The position numbers were made by a program, and so were the translations under genes. The notes beneath the pieces are model-generated. The model worked only from the letters and a program-made list of their open reading frames with translations. It was not told the origin of the DNA and made no database searches. DNA of 54,739 bases from an uncultured virus (IMG/VR IMGVR_UViG_3300031839_001922) (taxonomy: Duplodnaviria; Heunggongvirae; Uroviricota; Caudoviricetes), in the IMG/VR virus record IMGVR_UViG_3300031839_001922. One strand, 5' to 3'. How positions within the stretch are numbered: the stretch's first letter is position 1; the number at the start of each line of letters is the position of its first letter. This document shows positions 10,001 through 21,000 of the stretch, in pieces.

Positions 10001-13000
10001 GGCATACTGTAAGGCTGAAAAGCCTTCAACTGCTAAAAATTTCTTAATATCATTAAGGTTTTCTTGCCCTAGCTCAATAGAATGTTCCGCTAGCTTATCA
10101 TCAAGCTTATTAGCTAAAAATTGACCAAATATTTGGGCTTTGTAGTTTTGCTGGTCTAGAACTGTATCGCTATATAAACTAGCGTAATCGCTAGCAAATG
10201 AAGCGTTAAGAGATATGTCATTTGTGTAGAGGCCTTCAATTATCTTATGGACATCGGGCGCTAGGCGGCCGGCAAAATTAAAATTGTATACCTGGTTTGT
10301 AATCCTGTCATCACCAACAACAGAATGCGGAGGTACTGGAAGATCTGCTGGTAGATACACAGCGCTGCTTTCATCTAAAATAAGGGCGCCAATATTTTCT
10401 GGCTGGTCAATTAACTGTTTAATTAGATTTTCAGCTTGCGTATCAGTAAGAATTATTGAGGGAAGATTAACAGCTTCATAATAGGAATCATTAAAGAATT
10501 TCAAAAACTTAAGAAAATCACTTTGTTTTTTAAAATCATCCAACTTAGTTATATCAAAATTTGTTGGACTGCCCATAAGATAGCTCTGCATTTCTGCTGC
10601 TAATACTACATCTTCTTGCTGAGCTATCCACATAGCAGGATCTTCTGCAATTTCAAGAATTTTTTGTATATTAAACACGGTTATAGTATCGACGCCCCCG
10701 AACGTAACTTCAATAGCATCAAGCTCCTCGGAGTCTAGAATATCTTTTTCTAGACCAGCAGCGTATTTGTCTTGCTTGTTAATTAAAGTAATCATTTCTT
10801 CCGGAGTCAGATCATTAACACTAACCTCTTCGATTACCCCCAAAATTTCAGGATCTATAACTGGATATTCTGGAAATGGAGTAACTGTGCCCTTAATGAG
10901 TTTAGATACGTTTCTTATAAGACTAGCTTGGACATTTTCATTTTCCCCTAAAGGAGTTAATATGTTTTGATGTATCAGGCTTTTTTCTACATTCGTTGTA
11001 TCTATTTGGTCTGCTAACGTTGCTACTTGTGCACCTGGGTCTACTCCATTGATAACATCTTGTATTTGTTGCGAAGTTGATTCGCTACCAAAAAGCTTTA
11101 CACTAGAGACTTGAGAAGGAAGCTCATATTTTAAAATATTTGGATTATATTGCGCAGAATTAATAATTTTATCTATATCATCGTTAATCAGCTGCGAGGT
11201 GCTTTGGTCTGTCGCTGCTCTTAATGATTGCGGCAAAAGACTTTCTGGTATAAAGCTTAAGTAATCGTATAACTCTTGATTAACTTTCTGTCCTGCGCTG
11301 GAAAAAGCTTCAATTATTTCTTGCGGAGGAGCGTTTAGTTGACTTTCCGGGTCTCTAAAATATCTATCAAAAACTAGAAAGTGAGGATAATAAAAGTCGT
11401 ACGAGCCCCACCTTTGAGACTCTTTTGATATTTCTTCTGTTTTTAGTTCTAAAAATTGATTCCACAAGGAAGAATCTCCGCTGTCGAGGGCCACAAAGAG
11501 CTCAAGGAGCTCGTTGCCGCCGGCGGCTTCCGCCGCGTAGAGGAGCTTCGTCGTGTACTTTACCACACTTACTTTTGGATTTTTGTAAACACTTAGTATC
11601 ACTCCATTTTCAGGATTAGAAACATAATCTTGTAAATTAGGATAAAGTTCTTGCAATCTTGCACTTTCAAGGCCGGTCGCTTCAGCCAAAGTAAGTTCCA
11701 TAAAAGCGATCGCCAAATTAAATTGGAATTCTTTGCCGTTTGCATCTTTTCTTTTAAACGGGGTCGAACCAGATTCCCTGACTATTCGCTGCGCTATTTT
11801 TACTAAATTGCGTAGGCCAGGGGATGCGGTGTACAAGAGCCACCAGCCAGTTAACTTAGTAGGGGGGTCGCCGTCGGATACAACATTATACGGGTCAAAG
11901 TCGGTGCCGGCATATAAACTATCAGGGTCTTCAGGATTAAAGTCATAGGACCAAAAATCATAATTTTGCAGCCAATGTAAAGGAAAATTGCGTCGTGGGC
12001 TGGGCTTTCCTGTGTCGTCGCCTTCAATTGTTATATCAACCCCAGTATAAGCTCGCAACATATAATACCAAGTCCAAGGACGATTATCAATATCTTTTAA
12101 TTTAGTATCTAGCGTCCATGGTCGTGTCAATCTTAGGCCTTGGTCTCCGATTGGATTAGAAAAATTGCCAGGAAACGACGCGTATACATTAGTGCTGGTA
12201 TTATCTGAAACTTCTAAACCTCTATATTCATCGTATGAGTAGGTCGCAAATCCAGATGTTGTTATCGCATTATTCATGGGCCTAAACAAAGGTGCTGTAA
12301 ACAGCTGATCGCTTGCGATTGTTAGGGATTCTAGCGATTTAATTTTAATATCTTTAGAGTATTCTGAAATTATTTCTTGTCTTACATTTTCAGTGTCTGC
12401 AGTAATGCTTTCACCGCCAATTCTTGCTTCAGCGTATGCTTTAACGTCTGCTTTTTTCTGTGCCGGCAGAGCCTTATCAAGCATATCATCAATTGTAAGG
12501 TTCGTTGATTGTTCGTTGATCAGCAGGCCGGCATGAAGAGGGATTAATTCCTGCATTTCATCGTCTACAACAACTTTATTGCCATTGTGCTTAGTAGCAT
12601 TATAGCACAAAGTATAAATTGGGTATGGTGGATTAGATGAAAGATTATTAATCGCATAATGGTTCGTAGGATCGCCAATAAAGGCAAGGGCCTTTCTTTT
12701 ATAAGGCTTCTGTGCTATTTGTAGAAAAGCAGCATGTGTCTTTTTTAATTCTTCCGGATCCGTTGCAGCTTTTAAGGCACGAGGAGGATCAGAAAAGAAT
12801 TTTAAACCTTCAAGATCAATCATCAAGGAGCCCTTGACGTTTGTTAAAATATTATCAGTTATCCTCTCCATTGTGTCTTTTACACCTGGGGGGATTACAA
12901 AGTCGTTACCACATATCGGAGGCAGACTGTTTGCTAGTGGGTTTAAGTCTAACAGGCTTAAGTCTGCGGTACCTGCGACACGAGTTCTTAAATCTTCTAT

Positions 13001-16000
13001 TTCTTGATTAATTTGAGCTTCGCACTCTTCGCGTGTCAAGCCAGACTCCAACAGGGCAGCGCAGCGAGCGTCGCGATCGTATACAGCTTCGCAGAGATTG
13101 TTTACTAGCGTTGGTGATTCAATAACATCACATATATCTAAATCAATGCTCTCACCTATTTTCTGAAAAATGGTCCTTATATCTTCTGGAGAGTCGACTC
13201 CATTTTGATAAACATTAATCCAATTATTTCTTGTTCTGGAAACGCAAGCTAGTAAGGTTTTTCTTGTCGCGTCTCCTCTTAATAGAGCGCAAAGCTGGCC
13301 AGTTGATAGGTTATCCAATATATCTTTTATCCAAGCCAGCACGTCTGCATTTGATAGGTCGCCTATGTTCGGCAGGCCGGCTGCTTCTAATACCGGAAAT
13401 GGAACATCGGGCCCAGGGGCTGGTTTTCGTCCGGATGTGCCAACGTCACTATCTTCCTCTAGACACTGCTCAAGTGCGTTTTTTAGCAGCAGATTTACAA
13501 TCTGGCCTAACATCTGAGCGACCATGGCAAGTATTGTTTTGGACAATCTTTCCCCATAGTCACCCATGTGGTTATCTGTTAACAAAGAATCTGGAAACTT
13601 TAGTGTTGGAACTGGTGGAGAAAATTGTCTTTTTAAGCCCTCGACAAAGTTGTCCCACCAGCCGGCTCCGCCGCCACTAAAGAAAGCGCCGGGATCCCTG
13701 ATTAAGTTCTGTAATCCGTCTAAAATATCACCGACAATCAGCTCGCATATGGAAGCTAGCCCAATCGTTCGCTTCATATAATTAAGCCAATTCTCTGCGT
13801 TTTGCTCTACAACACGAGCGTCTTCTTGGGCTGTGTAATTATAAGGAAGCAGTCCTGTGGGTCCTGTCATTCCGCCGGCTGGCGTTTGGCTAGCTTGGCC
13901 GTCGCCCAGTACAATTTGTATTTGGTCAGGATCTGGCATCAAATAACCAGAAGCAACCAACACAGAATCAGTTTCTGCGCTGGTGTAGCCCAAAGTTTTT
14001 AGTCGAGTACGCTCTGCTTCTATTTCCTGTTGCGTGTACTTGATTGGTGTTGGTTGTCCAAAACTAGTGTTTTCCTGGTCTACAAATTTTATACCAGGCT
14101 TAAATATAATTGTTTGGCCTGTTTTTTCTAACTGCTTGGTTGCTTCAATAACCGCAGTGTTGACTCGAATATCACCACCCTCAACAGTCCACCACTTCTC
14201 ATCGTTAAAGTTAACTCGTTCTTCCTCATCGGGCGCTAGCGTACGCGTCTGGGACATTAGCATGGCCGCGGCAATTGGTGCATTATTGTATGTTTCGTCT
14301 AATTCTGGCGGCGCTTGAGCGGGGGTTGTTCCATCGCTAGCAAATGTGCCCGGGCTAAAACTGGTATCGGGAGCAAATGGAGGCGCTCCGTTGTATGCAT
14401 TGAGGAACATAACGCTAGATTCTGAATTAGGCGCCAATAGTGCGTTTGCTAGCATTGTTTTTTCTACAGAATCAGTACCAACTGCCGACACTAATTTTAG
14501 TATTGCCCTTTCACATATTGCCTCTGCTGTCAACTCTATGCCCAGTTTTTTCTGAAGGCATGCCATAATTAAAGAAGTTATTGAGTTTGTGTCAAGAGCA
14601 TTGAAAAACCCAGTATATAAGATTTTTACATATTGGTCGTCTAATATGTTGCCGCCAGATTGAGTTTTTTCAGCCTTTAGCTCTAGTTCTCTTTTGCTCA
14701 TACCAGGAGAAACGGCGGGGGTCGACTTGGAGTATTTTTCATAGTAAAGCGCCATGCACTCTTCACTGTTGTATAGCTTTTCTTCTAGAAGACGCTCTTC
14801 GAAAGTTAGCACAGGACCGGCCTTGTTTAGTCTCGTTATTATCTCATCGCAGTCCAGCTGTTCTTCTGCAACAGAAAGCTGTTTAGACAGATATATTCTT
14901 AATGGCGGTACCATGTACTTTGAAAGGTACTCCATCCATTTTTCTTCAGTATCGTTTGCGCCAAAAAACTTATTGGAACTTTCGTATGACAACAAAAGAT
15001 GCAAAGCTCGCGAGCCATAAACACCCTCAAACTTCTCTCTTAGCCATGGCAGAGCAACGTCTAGAGCGATGGCGCTGCGAGGAGTTGGGTCGGTGGCATA
15101 AGGATCAAAATATTGTAGGGGAAACTCGCTGTCATTTACGCCTGCAGGGCGAATACTTTCAGGGTCAGGAGAGAAAAGAACATAAGAAATTGTCTCTCTT
15201 ACATCGCCGCCCAACTCGCCGTTATCTTTCACCCCAATTTGAATAATATTTTTATCAAGCACAGCAGCAGACGCGTCTCTAATTATTTCGTATAATTCAC
15301 TCTTGTTGGCTGAAAGGGGGAACGCTTGTCTATGAAAAAACTCTCTAAAAATATCTGGTATTTTTTTAACGAAATCAATCTGCGCGTCGATGTCGTAATC
15401 TGTCTGATTTGCGTTTTGGACAGTAATGTTTGAGGTGCCGATGCTCTGCTTAAGTTGAGTCAAATTTTGAACTATTACATTGCAGCGTTTTGCAATTTCA
15501 GAAGCAGGTAGAGAAACAGCGTAATTATTGCCTTGTAAAAATTGTGAACCCGCCGGAAAATTGTTTTTGTAAAAAACAGGCGTTTTAGGCAAAGAATCAA
15601 TATAATCGGCTCTAATCGCAAATAGTATTCTTTCGTTATTTGGATCTGGGCTTTGCGTGTTTACTTTTCTTGCAACTTGTATAAAATATTCATCTTTTAA
15701 ATTTTGATAGATGTTGCGCGGTCGATTTAAATATTCTAAAAGATTGTTCCAAGCACTATCACGAATTGTTTGATAAGTTTCTTCTGAAGAGACCAGCTTG
15801 CTTTCTTCAAGCGCCTGCTCTGAAAGTTCTAAATCACCACCACTTTCGTTTATTAAGTCTGCCTCGCTTTTTCTAGGGGCTGACCCAACAACAAAATAAA
15901 AATAGCCCTCTGAATACTTAAGAGTTTGAAATTTCTGTATAGTATCCAGGTTATATATTGGTCGATCGTCTTCGCTAGGAATTTGATTTCTTTCTACCAG

Positions 16001-16645
16001 GGCTTGATTATAATCATAAAAATTAAAGTACTGGCGCTTGACGTCTTCTGGCTCTAGTTCCACCCATTTTTCACTGTTTGCCGGCGAGATCGTGTCTGTT
16101 CCAGGTATGCCTTGCACAGATTCTGCTAACAAATCTCCCACTTGAGAGCGGCTAGATAAAACTGGATCAACACCAAGGTAAACTTCTTTTATTCTAACAT
16201 ATTCGGCCTTGGTATACAAAACGCGCGTATTATCCGCGAATACGTCGTCATCCAGATCTTCTGCTCGGGGGTCTAAAGAAATGAAGCCAACCCACGTACC
16301 AGACTCGCTTTGCACTATTTCTGTTACAGTTATTTCAAAACCAAGAGGCACTTCAATGCCAACTTTGTTTTTTTCCTGTGCATCTGTTACAAGATCGCCA
16401 TCGTCGTCGATGGCCGGAAATACCTCTTCGTCCCAACCATTAGCTAGATTCTGCTCGGCAGGCTGTAGCCTGACTGGTAAATACGGATTGGAAAATATTC
16501 CGTCGTCGCCCTCTAAACGGCCAATGTAATGTCTCTGATTTGTAACAAGCGAAAGAGAGCTTTCTAGCTCTGGATCACAAAAAATGCTAGCAGCACCTTG
16601 CTCGTTTTCACTATATGGTGGAGGGGGTATGACTTTGCTTGCCAT
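7031..16645 (-). CDS. Giant hypothetical protein, probably virion/baseplate-associated (3204 aa)
   Basis: Uninterrupted 9.6-kb ORF between spike-like and gp25-like genes. Acidic, with clustered cysteines, a C-terminal coiled coil and a hydrophobic segment. No family recognised. Confidence 0.6.
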   Translation of the reverse strand: MASKVIPPPPYSENEQGAASIFCDPELESSLSLVTNQRHYIGRLEGDDGIFSNPYLPVRLQPAEQNLANGWDEEVFPAIDDDGDLVTDAQEKNKVGIEVPLGFEITVTEIVQSESGTWVGFISLDPRAEDLDDDVFADNTRVLYTKAEYVRIKEVYLGVDPVLSSRSQVGDLLAESVQGIPGTDTISPANSEKWVELEPEDVKRQYFNFYDYNQALVERNQIPSEDDRPIYNLDTIQKFQTLKYSEGYFYFVVGSAPRKSEADLINESGGDLELSEQALEESKLVSSEETYQTIRDSAWNNLLEYLNRPRNIYQNLKDEYFIQVARKVNTQSPDPNNERILFAIRADYIDSLPKTPVFYKNNFPAGSQFLQGNNYAVSLPASEIAKRCNVIVQNLTQLKQSIGTSNITVQNANQTDYDIDAQIDFVKKIPDIFREFFHRQAFPLSANKSELYEIIRDASAAVLDKNIIQIGVKDNGELGGDVRETISYVLFSPDPESIRPAGVNDSEFPLQYFDPYATDPTPRSAIALDVALPWLREKFEGVYGSRALHLLLSYESSNKFFGANDTEEKWMEYLSKYMVPPLRIYLSKQLSVAEEQLDCDEIITRLNKAGPVLTFEERLLEEKLYNSEECMALYYEKYSKSTPAVSPGMSKRELELKAEKTQSGGNILDDQYVKILYTGFFNALDTNSITSLIMACLQKKLGIELTAEAICERAILKLVSAVGTDSVEKTMLANALLAPNSESSVMFLNAYNGAPPFAPDTSFSPGTFASDGTTPAQAPPELDETYNNAPIAAAMLMSQTRTLAPDEEERVNFNDEKWWTVEGGDIRVNTAVIEATKQLEKTGQTIIFKPGIKFVDQENTSFGQPTPIKYTQQEIEAERTRLKTLGYTSAETDSVLVASGYLMPDPDQIQIVLGDGQASQTPAGGMTGPTGLLPYNYTAQEDARVVEQNAENWLNYMKRTIGLASICELIVGDILDGLQNLIRDPGAFFSGGGAGWWDNFVEGLKRQFSPPVPTLKFPDSLLTDNHMGDYGERLSKTILAMVAQMLGQIVNLLLKNALEQCLEEDSDVGTSGRKPAPGPDVPFPVLEAAGLPNIGDLSNADVLAWIKDILDNLSTGQLCALLRGDATRKTLLACVSRTRNNWINVYQNGVDSPEDIRTIFQKIGESIDLDICDVIESPTLVNNLCEAVYDRDARCAALLESGLTREECEAQINQEIEDLRTRVAGTADLSLLDLNPLANSLPPICGNDFVIPPGVKDTMERITDNILTNVKGSLMIDLEGLKFFSDPPRALKAATDPEELKKTHAAFLQIAQKPYKRKALAFIGDPTNHYAINNLSSNPPYPIYTLCYNATKHNGNKVVVDDEMQELIPLHAGLLINEQSTNLTIDDMLDKALPAQKKADVKAYAEARIGGESITADTENVRQEIISEYSKDIKIKSLESLTIASDQLFTAPLFRPMNNAITTSGFATYSYDEYRGLEVSDNTSTNVYASFPGNFSNPIGDQGLRLTRPWTLDTKLKDIDNRPWTWYYMLRAYTGVDITIEGDDTGKPSPRRNFPLHWLQNYDFWSYDFNPEDPDSLYAGTDFDPYNVVSDGDPPTKLTGWWLLYTASPGLRNLVKIAQRIVRESGSTPFKRKDANGKEFQFNLAIAFMELTLAEATGLESARLQELYPNLQDYVSNPENGVILSVYKNPKVSVVKYTTKLLYAAEAAGGNELLELFVALDSGDSSLWNQFLELKTEEISKESQRWGSYDFYYPHFLVFDRYFRDPESQLNAPPQEIIEAFSSAGQKVNQELYDYLSFIPESLLPQSLRAATDQSTSQLINDDIDKIINSAQYNPNILKYELPSQVSSVKLFGSESTSQQIQDVINGVDPGAQVATLADQIDTTNVEKSLIHQNILTPLGENENVQASLIRNVSKLIKGTVTPFPEYPVIDPEILGVIEEVSVNDLTPEEMITLINKQDKYAAGLEKDILDSEELDAIEVTFGGVDTITVFNIQKILEIAEDPAMWIAQQEDVVLAAEMQSYLMGSPTNFDITKLDDFKKQSDFLKFLKFFNDSYYEAVNLPSIILTDTQAENLIKQLIDQPENIGALILDESSAVYLPADLPVPPHSVVGDDRITNQVYNFNFAGRLAPDVHKIIEGLYTNDISLNASFASDYASLYSDTVLDQQNYKAQIFGQFLANKLDDKLAEHSIELGQENLNDIKKFLAVEGFSALQYAYSTQMFAKMKSSRIQNRGYMKKIWKKILKSPLVSDGTDPRCEAVLAKAGIPSDALSQNTETDFFKVDRVKSKIIEFYEKSLCKDVYETNLQGQNATRVSLLEGMVKLVVKIYTLEMCLASVIAWDSFDLEDVFKDTSMAAIILQNISQDFDIEFLSFFATDMLRKENNLTDIQLLELKLGVDGAPQSSLEYLIGVEGENIAGIVKSMFVNSFPISTDLRVSLLKNTDPDYVEDFAREVANPSEYNTEFIAQAGALTGSTGPLEIISDVKMPDNIYTMNFGSGRKNEYAGISSGMNFSYDKNEVDVFGLSAERGARSQNNKNYFHSLPMNWYHEHAPYNYNDWKDKAWNLNASNTLYTGEGFASFVNLQNTLFGRSDGFSFDNNVETSHGNNINRVLGNIVFEPYVKIEDWGEEERDFEAEVFSNLDENGEPCDQVVLTAAYNVNDYLDLIDDTINTKRKEENNAFRSHIYGYVPLSAWSYFYNNYFLKSLEDSPALTALFDSFGLKPFFKSVKFGMRMSYTTANTNLNKQPLIDNLDIQSATSPLKNAKTILGQRPYYVEDGAETVLYELQIPIIEVEKEIVSVDYSQSFTIENSDLIPFNELGVGPGGNQELHYTKNAHQFYYGKLANALLQEIKNSAEFKLMYDYLFPMRRYMALATIMASDGLSTFIPNPTDVLDRTKQSLANIIDNISNSTDYKHLPDPIANLLAERALRAEAGTGAKEPDMTKEILKIVLRTPLLVLKGFVEITDPAIITAKRIIDISNAVASATLAAVKQGVATAKRIVQSGIDAARQILQQLEIQLNVGIGFAKSAAAALPTVKTPDGGTEKLSDYVIIENTGEIENWKLELVSPLPPGMSDEQNDQWEEFGIEFKKLQDLLEEYKENKKKLDDLESKKQEIIQEGEIKIKEAEERLKSLYQSPYLLPGIWSAMMPSVIPYGGGINPFPMPLPFVSTFPGMIYLAILFIDAIEEKIHDDIQKTKDPNCEDQL

Positions 16646-16647
16646 TA

Positions 16648-18012
16648 TTAATTAGCCTTGTTGTTTCTACTGTTAATAAAGCTCTCACCACTATCAGTCA
16701 AGAAGTTGTGCTTAACTCCTTGTAAGTTTGTGATGTGTTTTAGAATTGAAAGCTCTGTGTTCGCGCCTGTTTCAATGTCACATTTTATGCCAGCAATTAT
16801 CGCTGGCTCTGAAGCTAAAGTAGTAATTCCGTAAAATGGTGAAACATGTGTATGTTGTTGAAGAGCTTGATTATACTTCATTTGGTATTTGATATATCCA
16901 TGCATAATTTTAGCTAAAGCCTCGACATTGTTCAATATAGTAATTAATCCTAACTGCAAATTATCACCTAAAACTATTGGCTGCAACGATTCTATATCAT
17001 TATTAGCTATTAGTTCAATTCCGCTTTTTGCTAAGACATCGCCACCTTGAGAATTTTTAGCATCTGTTCCTGTAACAATTCGTATGCTTTCGCGGCCGAT
17101 AAGTCTTACATTGTCCGCTTTTATTGCAACAGCAGATTTTGCTCCGTAAGGTCCGATCTCTTCGTCACCCGGTGGTATCAAAGACATGGCCTTTGTGTTG
17201 TCGTATCTGGCAAACTCTCCAATTCCAAAGTTTTTGTCAACATCTGTTTTTTGTGATACGTATATGCGAGCGGCGTCAACGAAGAAGCTTGGATTTTGTT
17301 TTCTTTTTCGGCCACTGGAGTCTTCTTCTTGAGGTGAAAAACCACCCATGCCCGCCACAATATCAATTGCGTCAGACTGCGTATGGCCCTTGCCTCCGTA
17401 ACCAGTGTTGGCTTTGTCAACCCTGTCATTACCAATAACAATGAATGCGTTATTATCTGGGCCAGGGCCGTACTGTTTTTCGCACGAAAGTTTCTCTCTT
17501 GGAACTTGAGCTTGGATTCTCTTTTGTCCATTCACTCCAAGAAGTTTTTTTCTAGCTAGCTGCTTGCTGCTCAAATTAGCCAGATATTTTCTGTTTTTCG
17601 ATAAACCAGACCGATCCCTCGCTAATTTAGTTATCTTTGATGTATCCTGCAGAGGGGCGCCTTCTTGGTACGGGGAAGATCCGGGTGTCGGCAAGTTTCT
17701 TATATCATCTTGGTTAAACTGTCCATCAGAGCCAGCTGCAGAAGTAGGGCCTGAAAAACCGCCGACTTCATAATCGGTTTGTGACGAAAACGTGCCGTCC
17801 TGAAACGGATCACCTTCGCCTCCGTTGATCGTCGCTTCAGGATAATCCTGCTTAATTTGATCAAATTTTGCTTTTGCATCCGTAGGGTCTGTAGTGTTAA
17901 ACGACTCTTTGATTTGTCCAGTTGCAGGATCTACAACATCAAAACTATAATACGTTTGTTCCCCTTTTGAAGTTACTACTGTTGTCGTACTAGCTGATAC
18001 ATCTGTTGCCAT
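16648..18012 (-). CDS. Putative baseplate central spike / hub protein (gp5 C-terminal-like)
   Basis: Short beta-strand repeats (AVAIKADNVRLIGRESIRIVT, GIELIA, PIVLGDNL) followed by an HxH motif (QQHTH) like the metal-binding apex of P2 gpV-type spikes; baseplate context. Confidence 0.55.
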   Translation of the reverse strand: MATDVSASTTTVVTSKGEQTYYSFDVVDPATGQIKESFNTTDPTDAKAKFDQIKQDYPEATINGGEGDPFQDGTFSSQTDYEVGGFSGPTSAAGSDGQFNQDDIRNLPTPGSSPYQEGAPLQDTSKITKLARDRSGLSKNRKYLANLSSKQLARKKLLGVNGQKRIQAQVPREKLSCEKQYGPGPDNNAFIVIGNDRVDKANTGYGGKGHTQSDAIDIVAGMGGFSPQEEDSSGRKRKQNPSFFVDAARIYVSQKTDVDKNFGIGEFARYDNTKAMSLIPPGDEEIGPYGAKSAVAIKADNVRLIGRESIRIVTGTDAKNSQGGDVLAKSGIELIANNDIESLQPIVLGDNLQLGLITILNNVEALAKIMHGYIKYQMKYNQALQQHTHVSPFYGITTLASEPAIIAGIKCDIETGANTELSILKHITNLQGVKHNFLTDSGESFINSRNNKAN

Positions 18013-18014
18013 AG

Positions 18015-21000
18015 TTATAGGTCCTCTTCCTCAATATATTTGTCTATTTCTTCCCACGCTATAATACCATCGCCTGCAAAGTACTGAAAATGAGCGTGAG
18101 AATCTAAATCACTTTGCCAAGAGATGTTCTGTATTCGATCAACAACATTCTCAACACCCAGTAAATTGCTAATTTCTTTCTTTTCGGTGTCATTCCATGT
18201 TTTGCCGCCTCGCCATCGTTTTTTCAAGAATGTGCCATTGCCCCATTTCATACCAGTCTTTTCACAAAATAAAACAACCCACTTAACAGGATTTGCTCCC
18301 ATCGGAACGATAGGGCCTCCGCGAGCGTCGGTCATAATATTAAAATACCTCCTGTCTCTGGGTTGAAAAGTATCAGTCTTTCCTAGATAGCTATCAGGAG
18401 CTGATGCAAAATTTTCTATCGAGCGAGGGCGCGCTCCGAGCTGTAAGCCTTCATGAGAGTTTAAGTACAGTTTGTCTGCTTTTTTCTGGTATACTCCCAG
18501 TTTGTACAGCCCCTCAAGGACACCGCGTTGCGTCATTTTAGCTTCAGTCAAGGCGTTGCCAAAAACATTCCAAGCCCCAGTGAAAACACTATGCACTGCT
18601 TTTCTAGGATCAAAGCTGAACCCCGTAATTTGTGGATCTATATCGATCGCCAGTCCTAGTGCATGCAAGGAAAGGCCGTTTTCGTACGCCGCGATGCCGG
18701 CTGTCTTTGGTTCCTCATGGCCTTTAACGCCGTTGGTTATTGCAAATGGATAATATTTTGTCTGCTCGCAGGCTTCATTCCACTTATCAGACAACATTCT
18801 TGTCATACAGCCCCAAATATGTGGCCCCTCTTTCTTAACAATAGTGCCATTTGGCCCTCGTGCACTGTAATTAAATTTATCTAATTTAAAAGTTTCTGGT
18901 AGTCGAACTTTATTTATCTTTCCTTTTGATACCCCGGACACATATTCAAAATCGTCTTTTACAGGTGGTGTCCCAATATCATCACCATACCCCAACAAGA
19001 AAGCTAGTCCAGCAAAAGTAGTGGGAGTTTCAGGGCCAACAGGTGGACAGCCCGAGGACGCGTCGTTGGCATTATTTGCTGAACCGGCTTGCGCTTCGGA
19101 AACTGTTTGTGGAGCAGGCACACAATCGGCTGGTCGAGCAACTGCTTGCGGGTCAAAGACACCAATTAAAGAATCCACCTTCTTAATTAATTTTGTATAA
19201 GCTTCAGGAGCAACAATAAAGTCAGCCAATAATCCAAGATCTGGCACGCCGGCGCCGATATCCGCTTTTTTGAGACGATCGTTGTACTGTGCTATTCCAG
19301 TATTTAGCGCTTCCCAAACATCTCTTATTGACTCCTCGCCTTCTTCAGGTGGAGCTAGATTTTCTTTTGCTGCTGTTAGTAAATCTTGGAGATCTTTTTT
19401 CTCCGCTTCTAATGCCTGCTTTGATGATTTTATGAGTTCTATGAATGATCCTTTTGGCAAGAGAATATTAATTTCAGCTAGTTTTTTTAAGTTATTAAGA
19501 TGCTTTCTATATTCACTGTCAAACAGGGAGTTTTTATTTTGGTCGACGTTGCCGTACTTGTTGCAAAATATTTGGTATTTCTCGTCTTTACAAAGTTCGA
19601 GGTATCCTCCCCCTAAACCGAGGCCGGAAGATGATGCAGCTAGTATTTTATCTAAAGCACCTTGAAAAAAACTAACAGTTTCCGTAAGCTCTGTTTGCTG
19701 CTTTGTTAGTCTTTCTAAATCGCTAGGTGAGGATTTCGTCGCCAGTGCATAAGCATGATCCGGTACCTTGTTTAGCCCCGCTTTAAGTTGCGAATTTTTG
19801 TCGTTTTTCTTTGGGTATCCTGGAAAACTTGGAAGATCTTTGTTTATCATTGAGAAAGCGTAGCCAACTTTGTTTTTAGTGCCTGAAACGGAGGGACGAT
19901 CCACAACATGCATACTAACAAATCTTCTATCCGAGTCTGATTCGCTAATTACAAAAGAAAATTTATTAGCGCTAGCACCTTTTCCAGGGGTTTTAACATT
20001 TCTTTTGTAATCTTCAATTTTTCCCAAATTATCAAAAAAAGAATTTTCTGTATTGTTGCTTGATGGAGTTATATAGTTAAACTCTGTATAGCCAACCGAA
20101 TCTCTTTGTAATAGCAGATTATTGTATACTACAGTTGAAGGCGCAGACGTGCCAAAATAGCCACCGTAAAAAGCTGAAACTAAATCAGCTTCTGGGCTGG
20201 TTATAAAGTCTATCCTGACATTTGTATTTGGATTAAACACTGCCTTTTGTATTCCGTCTGAGACTTGAAGTGAGCTAGCCAAGGCTACTGCTCCAAGACC
20301 ATCGCCCAGGAAAGAAACAAATTCTAGACGGTCCGTAACGTCTGCATATATATATGCTTCTAGAACATCGAGGACCTCATTGTGAAATAATTCAAAGTTA
20401 CCACCTGTGTATGATCCGTCGAACGTAACTAATTGACGAAGCGCTAGCGGAGTATTTTGAGCTAAATTTTTTCCTCCGCCCAGGTCAACATTTGATAAAT
20501 ATTCCTTTACTATAGCACGAGAAGTAGGATCAACGTTGCTTCTTATGTTGGAGGTTTCATTGCCGGGAAAAACACCGGGGTCTACTGGCTCTCCATCAAC
20601 TATCTTTTGCACTCTTTTAGTGTGGCCAGTCGCGGTACCATAGCCTAGAGAATAGGCCATTTCTGGAATTACAAGAATATAATTTCTACCGTCGACATTT
20701 AAATCCTTGATAGCTGGTGCTATCTTTTCTTTAAAATCGTTTCCTGGTAATTCTGAATTTTCAATAGCCGCATCAATTGTAGTATTGGGGCCATTTAAAT
20801 GTGCATAACCAAAACCACCAACATCATGAAAGTAGTACTTTATTTCCACAGGAACGTTTAAATCTAGCGTTGCCGGCGCGTATATGATGGTCTCCCTTCC
20901 TTTGTCGTTTGGGCGATCTAAAATGTCCATATATCCATTGTTTTTTAGGTGCCCAATCCATATAAATGCATTATCTTTACCAGGAGCAGGTCCGCGTATG

